A stretch of 64,000 bases of DNA from Candidatus Omnitrophota bacterium (lineage in GTDB: Bacteria > Omnitrophota > Omnitrophia > Omnitrophales > Aquincolibacteriaceae). The translations under genes were made by a program, and so were the position numbers. The stretch lies in the NCBI GenBank assembly GCA_041674705.1, contig JBAYVF010000002.1, forward strand, positions 14,330 to 78,329. Direction: 5' to 3'. This document shows positions 62,001-64,000 of this stretch, piece by piece. The notes beneath the pieces are model-generated. The model saw only the letters and a program-made list of their open reading frames with translations. It was not told the DNA's origin and did not search any database. Each line of letters begins with the position of its first letter. Within the stretch, counting starts at the first letter, position 1.

Positions 62001-64000
62001 TGGGTGTTGCAGTCGTCCATGGGCGTTCAGGGCAGGTATAACTTCCGGTATACGCATCAAAACAGAGAAGGCTTGTCATTCCTTGAATCGTTTTTAGTTG
62101 ATCTTGGCGAAGAGCGGAGTTTGAGGGAATTTGCACCGGGAACTGAATTAGAGATGCGGCAACAGCAAGGGATCATTTCGATGGAAAGTCGAAGTATTCC
62201 CGGGCGAATGAAAGCCATGGTCATAGATCCGTCGTCAAAGTTGTTCAAAGAGCAGATGCGGTTTATTTTCGAAGACTATCTCTGGGAGCGTCCAAGGCTT
62301 GTTGAAGAGTTGAAGCGGTGGCAAGAAAATCTCAGGAGTTATCAGGAACTTCAACGGCAAAAAGATCAAATAAAAGATCGCAAATGGACCGATCAGCAGA
62401 TGGATGGCTGGATTAAGGATGCGGAAGGCAAGATTGCTGAGATCGAAAGATCTCTGTCGGGTTTCAAGGTCTCTTTTGAGAAATTAAAGATCATGCTCAG
62501 GGACCGAGTGGTTTTGGTCCGCATGCAGGAGCGTGAAGACGCCTATCCGTTGGAGGGGGTCGTATCGGCTCAAGAAGCCGGATTTGCGTCCCCGCTTGAT
62601 ATGCTCAGGTGGGTTGAGAACGCTTATCCTGTGATCGAAGACTTGCTTCTCACCGGGAAAGTCCCGCAGCGTGTTTCACAAGATTTTTTAGCATTACCGC
62701 CTTCCCAGGCTGAAGGAGGAGGGGATGCTTCTCAAGATCCGCATCGAAGGCCTAAAGCGAGAGACGAGATTGCTCTTCAGGGACCGGCGAGCGCGCGGGC
62801 GGAAGCAAGGATCTCTTATAAGACGATGATCTCGGAAATGGCCGGGTGGAGGATCCGTCCACTGGTCCGGGGAATTTTCCGGATGATCGAAAAGAACCCC
62901 GTGCTAGCGGCGCTTCCTTGGTCGATCATTCATACCGGGGAGCACAGAGTCTCTATTTATCTTGAGGGAGATGGGGATGGCCCTTCGGTAAGCTTTAGCG
63001 TGGAACGCAAGTGGATCTTCTGGGTTTTTGTGCAAGCCAGTTTCCGGCGAATTGGAAAAGAAACTCTCTACGCTTCTGTCTGGGGCACCAGCCGGTACGT
63101 TCTATCCCAAACCTCTCACACGATCGATGCCTGGCTTAAACAAATGCCATCGCGGGCAGAAGTTAGAATGAATGAAAGCTGGTGGAGATCGCACTGGAAA
63201 GAGCTGGAAAGCAATGTGGATCAAATGCATTTGAACGCGAAGCTTCGGGCCGACATGCTAAAAATCCTCAAAGATCTAAGGAGGCATGATGACGGAAAGC
63301 GGGAGGGAGAAGCGTGGGAACGCATGCTTTATTCGTATCAGGACGCGTGTTTGCGGGTAGTTCTGGAAAAGATCAAGAACCAAAATGGCGGAAAGATCGA
63401 GTGGGTTGATGGGGTGGACGAGAAGAAACCGTTTTTTTGGCAATTGCTCGCGCTGGATGAGTTCAAGCGTTTGTGGTTCCATCCTGATGAGCCAAAACCG
63501 TTTTTTTATCAGCGGCAATTTATAGAGCTGCTTAAGGGTTTTGTTTTCGCCGGCCACAAAGAAACGCTCGAAGAATATTTGGGCCAGAAGTTTTCCGGTG
63601 CGGTTATGAATGACTCCCAAAGAAGTTCATTGAATTTTGATGTGAGGCGGGCAGATCTGCTCGTCAAAAATTTGAATGAGATCGCCGAACGGGAGACCGG
63701 GCTGGACCGGGGAGATCTGAAGCGAAAAGCGGCGGATCTATTTGTAAGGGCTGGATATCAGGGGAGGCGAGCGCCGGAGCTGTTCCGGGCACAAATGTAT
63801 ATTTTGTTAAGGCATGCTGCCATGCGACCGAGCAAAAAAACGGCGGCTTCTTTTTACCGGCTCTTGAACGATCTTCTTTCGGAAGCCGCCGGTTCTCTTG
63901 AAACCGCAATCGCAGAAAGGATCAAAGAGGCGGGGCCGGGATCCGGGGTCGGCTCTTCGGGCGAAGAAAGTCTTTTAGAGGATATTGTAAAATTTAGGCT
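47022..64000 (+). CDS. giant multidomain membrane-anchored protein, N-terminal 5,659 codons (3' end beyond window). NOT in the supplied ORF track
   Basis: Hand translation of the frame whose codons start at positions divisible by 3: ATG 47022, no stop through 64000. The ORF track has no + strand entry in this frame over the last 17 kb. Enzyme motifs found at 49890, 50187, 51567, 51948, 53265, 53535, 55494 and 56166 all sit in this one frame. Confidence 0.9.
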   Translation, partial: MNPKTSLHKGLFPRFSLKAISLFTVIVFLCSDFLAFPSQALASSATAVPGTNPSPKSEWVIPSELGKIDNVYFPTTDQRPQTADSLSHGERDGVRGKSLRSPVSGLQSQARGSGLVVLIQDAHSVPDAQRSLEKLIEYLQAQYGVKTVALEGAEGKLDPTLFRLFPDLKKREQIFADYLASGELSGAAAASVLSPYKSDYVGIEDWKLYQEGVAAFLSGLKKQAELKSQISNLKEELRNLKQKYYSKEAMEFDGKLGAWNENQNNFPEFLSYLAKYYVPSTKYSAYGASHMALGSLFNTLEQERKSDPRLESEVKKLAKYAREIAPSAKLNGLAQDYQTGRLSSAAFAYEIAELLRKVGKPLPQGQPDLQKMIANHASLMNVKGPALMKELEAFLEEVRAQLFITPEAKTVAELDKQLQRLSKLSKFELSRDEWRSLQTGDQRLETGDSELVKFQEDLAVVLSSCSEFIRFYELALKRENVFSERVSSLLSHVSSPVAVVAGGFHTDGLAAKLKEQGISYVVVSPAMKEVPADSRYFDQMQGKVSWQKYFRPKDGKIDLYDAFARATVDRLSSRRTPYSVLGREEGTAYGVRSTELKEWRDEVIRKLATEGRVAEHSKYTRFIDQQAAGSSEKFQALKEKWTAKLEKFIGKLQSLGQNNQLTEANMAKLLSQPANQTPYAVPFVPGASVPESFLGNAAERIEDSEKPNPSKRSELRDEKGESFPGENSEAGFASAAQNDFNGKNKENFKKRKIFSPFSPLFLCVGFLSVFLFVLSGFGSIAREPLQTPASATTQSLESGVSRTRVASKFVKGPEGWQFYLNGKKSPAPFGIVYQPVPPGKHIDNYRNNFGKLYRYLLDPEEGGLGHAKALNRLGIKSIRVYDLPSEDEADIEAVKNIFRKVYAQYGIRVFVGNYAGMYFGFDYKKAADREKIKKQVVKTVATYCDESWILGWQIGNENNYYVNGGLFAQRINLSLEEYYSFMDELALSIRKNLRPGLRAQVVVLGNGDLTEEESRLISRMRYIHAIGINSYRHAPDLKKLIRMAREKIDLPVIISEIGFGAVAEKQEKEQAAFFSETLPLLYENTAGRQGAGNVGMVFISEATDELWKENDLNSPAEARLGILGKKVEETIKERLSEIDRANKYVLPLKFLPSSELIVKAWKSLEEKDYEGAFAYAEEVIRKYSGLAKQQQSVVSKKGSFPTGEREIWRYWALNDVGTAYFIRIRAFYEQGNKQKARKAYDELAADYSYAQVKDRKNKYWQIKASTRRLYPDLFAGKIFVNTRQALLASVMVYFLIVIRSLAAMINTGLSKASHILRTGRFSGREALLGANPEIVNRSVMTPGDKLVFAFLVLTQLYLTFSFAGWWFHPIRMEYYIVNSKLFYLLSWIGGFAIFFHFYIWHLLWSMRKPEYLAPRLGLQVAMVTTFTESEPLDLVKETLLKMKAVTYPHDTYVLDESENPALKTFAAQSGIFYFSRKNVPKYQRPEPPFQAKTKGGNLNAWLDAYGSRYQIVSFFDTDHQPETIYLSRVLGYFRDPNVGFVQAPHVYKNTHESWIARGSAEQNYYFVGPIQMGLYGNDATIVNGSHSTFRVRALESIGGYAVHNADDVLTSVRLNAKGWRGVYVPEILAEGLSPATWGPFLLQQYRWAHSMFDLLFFKYASSFFHMKLKQTMGYLMVGSFYFLSINFVLALILPVISVAINQPPANVELLVFLKYFTPLYLSQMVLLIFWGQKFLIRPEIERGVWWRSGMVDIASSLYVFRAFFRAVLRQGLLRTKFVTPKNAEAATSYLKYFSLHIALLIFSGIAFAYSFYLEPWLWQTKGMKLFLMAGMVTFSGILITATRWFSARGARAGPEQKGKYISGHGAPFKPDNNKLPRSEARQQLNEIRSEVRSQKSLSEAAEEEVRGQAGALIQFAESKGFVSHDPETLARKTSEILRLVGIEAAFGEKNAVLSFAGQDKSGKISADPLLEYAVSNGLIVKGNIAQWDALESKIFGVLTPTQTRLQEICDAIYAEKGLKGVIDYLYDAETFLRYIREERQQKNAFLPAYRDERTGVNFTVTINLSKPEIPADQIGRLPETGCKICFSKVGSIGKENMLAYRLKLGGKEFFLHLPPYPYTEGHSVLNYMEHVPMLVNDDTVADLFNIVDASKGQIAAVSNTDKKGTGCSILEHRHYQLTAPVFPAFEAQAKWAGVYGTGNMEVRAEVLNYPAGVTKISGADPASVQALAKELFRSWRSYSNPGTGIQAEGNTTGCALRMRDGRYEMYFVWRNSSEKFLTRTENKEIKREFVGIFEMLGFGILPARLSGKEAETEKAMGRKIQAVFADVIADNSPVKNDGAGLQIQKELIERAAAQTVLRSEGRSSNIKGGSSAQKGKEKKAAPIQLPPVLDDKGNPRAIVTKYSRFSPGEIVWNEKFGLGEVVECHLESSTPNLLLRFYNRDDSSFVREFSEVSLFNPGLSPVYAATNYDKALFKFLTRSLRPPVVSAPKNIPQETVPRDPEALRLAASIKNILRDYSEGTSPFIDYLDKVGLAKCAAAPERYSKESRLKVIQPTVKRWLDAQRERARGIYSIENSSLAERHALHYLIRPFNATHSPANFHQVIRESRKEILVSLKLLLGDDRSFKAHEMDFLKSIVYRHPWHEFLKRWFAQISQKNPNRSLANETIEKGLHHAFQVAEAIVAAEFPELELFPRLPFASTLVAKKQAPGPLRSEARGLLTDLPGMAKKLRFPEAKAKELAIALEKNDLERAFDLVSSLQTDLFKAFEGELTQNVHQLYEKEYLPFKNRFASLLLRHWMRTQAYPLLLDKTADWRTLRSKPGQKLTVEVGAGDGRDALSLAAKNPDMMFVAIEPDPSEIVDFLQQSHLEGVEWSGINNVRVVWAKDHEAFAAQKGRQFVDFYLIVAPDVRTDIFLVPVERENRALALKLLKPDGKIIAVPFSGSEDESWGEALETYSFPRDAGFVIKRQMPSSDLKGIERNLANHFATPFIITRPRSEMREFTRGAFETVYQKLAPYITRTPLVPLPSFDRRTGKRIFIKDESQQEGSSFKTRGVTYEVFQTIEDVIRRDLGLLKQGLKIVTQTDGNHGGAMIRAVTFAIQEFSAEYPYLSGDLRKIEPVVFAFRNVSQVKMDAMEEALREYRELVKDTRGSKGMIDNRYRDYKEALEARERYLAAQGVLARYMEHGGIEIMQGHATAAMEIAQQLREAGILGNQKVVLLIPVGTGGPLGMAAAIKVFRPGTRVLMIQTPRYGAFVRSYDSQTIQMNDSSLDPYTVRIPVNGVPTPFIYEDGIAVDGPESKEALQIALKYLDGGLLADAGRALNEAAPLLTRDLDAYYAGVGLQLGVDPQPGVVGGTTAITADALLNVDHPAIREAEAVVLFGTEGSVDPALLAYTRRLMGETQRSEVRGEEETVKLVKQGEQLIALAQGILQSDPEFFSRIEKVTPGNVTAFLRKLAEDRPEAEYSELLDLLVARYAGQDPTTAPYNTMPHLQLLIEAARSAKLRHGFTSRRRFLQILSAALGSTAIGGLGGWGSWVGQQVTDLGVFEPFMKRWLYNFRNFSPLDRFRLMTDLGPKEHQFVGLFNQLLDHAPALDAAIKDWGRINSAAILNVWRAYSKKPLNITQADFDEVTGELAEVPVLFSPEKEESWKLGSFYPDYILDWKDRAARMGLPYSEVTSIDHLIAMAERHTEAMRQLVSSLDPDLAEDIWKMRRGEVEGQDDSWEAIKENFEKKLRDAEAKLTRLEKINRQLDIATERPYVSDKDRAFYEEWGSPEKEEHLKKLRRALARSLGFIEAVEAESQVLPVRTLPPSHPFSWRDRGNRSEVREAATETGDPAVISESIYCDHEDPAVKVLAMDIIENEKDPARKPMLIADWVAGKILNPSRFGPWDGVNGQFEYFDEQKASEILRARKGGAYDLVNVFVALARAAGMEAEFGVINVRKEYYKEFSKGVGSFIPEKDFNKLPPTFPHVFARIKLNGDWKYFDFSRSQFSSWGLHHYPFRDYDEKESLVYRAHIDTLVKEESARYPQELVRSFEKAFLRALGLLWANDTKREAQGSLSSKRESYSGGRYNWFARETILRRYGILFRYDREIAADYFQKAMVTLRDAILKNSPDLDRRFFEGLGDDPEKIALRVKNLTTAGRHLGFIPEIVTDVEWNDALPVIGFPEESWKTRSVSEAFLRLSVSEPRRAHVVAYNYLDMAEDAPPGELVLKSGLIVGDDGKYRFAIFKKPVRAGLSIYPDVKRYKDFFRSAAIPTAKIPVSESTRWLLIDKLSQYPFLTEYGLPIPPTISLSSDPSNADIRRAVETLRKEGAGQIVEKATNGRTGQQVKLFDLNAPQDKIFFFENIRFFARNGGAVLQARIVPRQIKSHDWTVRAMIYRNRKGEIETKLMVRFGGFVRQGENSSSQWGMEGAGMMSIEDFEGLAFPFAEYRKKSEALSRRLYQAVEHYAGEDPIILTPDYIFDEQGNIYILELNPGLHSFSDTYVDKIPETRQAAQEVLAVLAARARGEIPEEPVFPEADLYEPVPEDFFGMPPEEQRVGENTLVADPMRSELRENASSFGTELEFGSAEYNLSHDPQKPWWIWSGPSLKRYETWRLVVQSLLHTYQTEFDHLMTPREGDLSAQILANFAGGRMKDIFGIVRLRNQRIRAKVALLEESIARNNHETFRKNVMGLRQMKWFQKEDELVELGVSNNVEALNRIWNKAAINPGTREHLEKEIARIKEKMDRVDALAGLIEAYQAAYYRIRSGDPALSHKEAREKAFLKVTGDHPGDMNLRMLFFQFIFVSRTTEQAAFDWLAHVIASRPPKRDPNQLSLGLQDERIPLSVRKLVPRSFGDELRSYLEGEENLGTTVLPSGEVRSEMRSSFAQSRQARWASENLSESDDKLLRSSGHMPQSEVERSEMRDIENGVPTASPAFSTDDLPSSQEAIQKVMAEVPPGVDLKELETITGRIGEKYLALIERFKKESKKKESPFASSLVWMDYHHPVSGWVLQSSMGVQGRYNFRYTHQNREGLSFLESFLVDLGEERSLREFAPGTELEMRQQQGIISMESRSIPGRMKAMVIDPSSKLFKEQMRFIFEDYLWERPRLVEELKRWQENLRSYQELQRQKDQIKDRKWTDQQMDGWIKDAEGKIAEIERSLSGFKVSFEKLKIMLRDRVVLVRMQEREDAYPLEGVVSAQEAGFASPLDMLRWVENAYPVIEDLLLTGKVPQRVSQDFLALPPSQAEGGGDASQDPHRRPKARDEIALQGPASARAEARISYKTMISEMAGWRIRPLVRGIFRMIEKNPVLAALPWSIIHTGEHRVSIYLEGDGDGPSVSFSVERKWIFWVFVQASFRRIGKETLYASVWGTSRYVLSQTSHTIDAWLKQMPSRAEVRMNESWWRSHWKELESNVDQMHLNAKLRADMLKILKDLRRHDDGKREGEAWERMLYSYQDACLRVVLEKIKNQNGGKIEWVDGVDEKKPFFWQLLALDEFKRLWFHPDEPKPFFYQRQFIELLKGFVFAGHKETLEEYLGQKFSGAVMNDSQRSSLNFDVRRADLLVKNLNEIAERETGLDRGDLKRKAADLFVRAGYQGRRAPELFRAQMYILLRHAAMRPSKKTAASFYRLLNDLLSEAAGSLETAIAERIKEAGPGSGVGSSGEESLLEDIVKFR
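47076..47147 (+). other. giant ORF: N-terminal signal peptide / membrane anchor
   Basis: AISLFTVIVFLCSDFLAFPSQALA, with an A-x-A-like cleavage site. Confidence 0.6.
47248..47347. repeat. heptamer-unit inverted repeat, in-frame in giant ORF
   Basis: cagacca gagacca cagaccg cagactc, then nested perfect palindrome ccctctcc cat ggggagagg g, then agtctcc ggtctcc agtctcc ggtctcc agtctca. An 8-bp hairpin aagcccgc ggca gcgggctt follows. Confidence 0.8.
47697..47724. repeat. heptamer-unit array, in-frame in giant ORF
   Basis: ctcaaat ctcaaat ttcaaat ctcaaag (encodes LKSQISNLK). Confidence 0.7.
47845..47872. repeat. heptamer-unit array, in-frame in giant ORF
   Basis: agtacta cgtacca agtacta agtactc. 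Confidence 0.7.
48333..48367. repeat. heptamer-unit array (left arm), in-frame in giant ORF
   Basis: cagactg gagacca gagactg gagaccg gagactc. Confidence 0.8.
48475..48509. repeat. heptamer-unit array (right arm, inverted relative to 48333..48367)
   Basis: gagtctc tagtctc ttgtctc atgtctc tagtccc, 107 nt downstream of the left arm. Confidence 0.8.
48742..48804. repeat. heptamer-unit inverted repeat, in-frame in giant ORF
   Basis: gccgtac gccgtac tccgtac tcgg ... ggtacgg cgtacgg tgtacgg agtacgg. The first base of the right-arm units runs G, C, T, A. Confidence 0.8.
49278..49364 (+). other. giant ORF: transmembrane segment
   Basis: IFSPFSPLFLCVGFLSVFLFVLSGFGSIA. Confidence 0.6.
49440..50400 (+). 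other. giant ORF: clan GH-A (TIM-barrel) glycoside hydrolase-like domain
   Basis: ILGWQIGNENNYY (acid/base-type NE, Glu codon 49890-49892) and PVIISEIGFG (nucleophile-type Glu, 50187-50189). Confidence 0.6.
50490..50790 (+). other. giant ORF: TPR-like repeats
   Basis: AWKSLEEKDYEGAFAYAEEVIRKY ... YFIRIRAFYEQGNKQKARKAYDELAADY. Confidence 0.4.
51270..52560 (+). other. giant ORF: processive family-2 glycosyltransferase (cellulose/chitin-synthase-like) with multi-TM channel region
   Basis: VAMVTTFTESEP, YVLDES, DTD (51567-51575), GSHSTFRVRAL, NADDV, QQYRW (51948-51962), flanked by hydrophobic helices. Confidence 0.85.
53130..53990 (+). other. giant ORF: GalT-like (HIT-superfamily hexose-1-phosphate nucleotidyltransferase) domain
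   Basis: CKIC (53265-53276) and GTGCSILEHRHYQ (H-x-H-x-Q at 53535-53549). Compare E. coli GalT MGCSNPHPHGQ, quoted from memory. Confidence 0.6.
55380..55930 (+). other. giant ORF: class I SAM-dependent methyltransferase domain
   Basis: Motif I VEVGAGDGRDAL (55494-55517), followed by FVAIEPD acidic post-I residue. Confidence 0.6.
56010..57180 (+). other. giant ORF: PLP-dependent fold-type II (PALP; Thr/Ser dehydratase or Cys synthase-like) domain
   Basis: TRTPLVPL...IFIKDESQQEGSSFKTRG (Lys codon 56166-56168), TDGNHGGA, IPVGTGGPLGMAAA. Confidence 0.8.
58560..59010 (+). other. giant ORF: transglutaminase-core-like domain with the nucleophile Cys position occupied by Tyr
   Basis: RKGGAYDLVNVFVALARAAGMEAEF aligns to the G-x-C-x-x-F-A...RA.GIPAR core. 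HVFARIKLNGDWKYFDFS supplies the His and Asp. Confidence 0.5.
59790..60470 (+). other. giant ORF: ATP-grasp domain
   Basis: GQIVEKATNGRTGQQVKLF, AVLQARIVPR, DWTVRAMIYRN, GNIYILELNPGL. Confidence 0.55.

Overview
Bacterial chromosomal window with diderm-type envelope genes (RND/OMF efflux, LptE, MurJ, BamD-like TPR). The lineage cannot be identified from the sequence alone and may be an uncultivated phylum. There are three zones. (1) nt 1 to ~11,200 is an integrase-bounded mobile/defence island whose left half looks AT-richer by eye. It carries a BamHI-family restriction enzyme with an HTH-fused methyltransferase, and a translationally coupled GHKL-ATPase plus unknown-partner gene pair, which is the best candidate here for an undescribed defence module. 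It also has two XRE regulators, a ParB-methyltransferase, and terminase small and large subunits, but no virion structural genes. (2) nt ~11,200-46,700 holds a TetR-controlled RND efflux operon, MarR, a Cache-HAMP-PP2C phosphatase, a radical SAM enzyme, GT4, mnmA, a bactofilin-HTH fusion and acpS. It continues with tRNA-Ala and tRNA-Leu (each followed by a duplicated copy of its own 3' end), leuS, GH35, exeA/gspB-like genes, comEC, a TPR/coiled-coil protein, lptE-holA, rpsT, murJ and uvrC. (3) From nt 47,022 to the window end runs ONE uninterrupted + strand reading frame of at least 5,659 codons. It is absent from the supplied ORF track because it has no stop inside the window. It encodes a membrane-anchored mega-protein chaining GH-A glycosidase-like, TPR, processive GT2 (cellulose-synthase-like), GalT-like, SAM-methyltransferase, PLP (PALP), transglutaminase-like (Cys->Tyr) and ATP-grasp modules. 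Across zones 2 and 3 there is an unusual family of short elements built from 4-5 tandem 7-nt units (5-nt core plus 2 variable nt), usually paired with an inverted array. They sit right after stop codons, and also in-frame inside leuS and at six loci in the first ~1.8 kb of the giant ORF. Two further multi-copy structured intergenic elements show compensatory stem changes. I saw no rRNA, CRISPR array or transposase.
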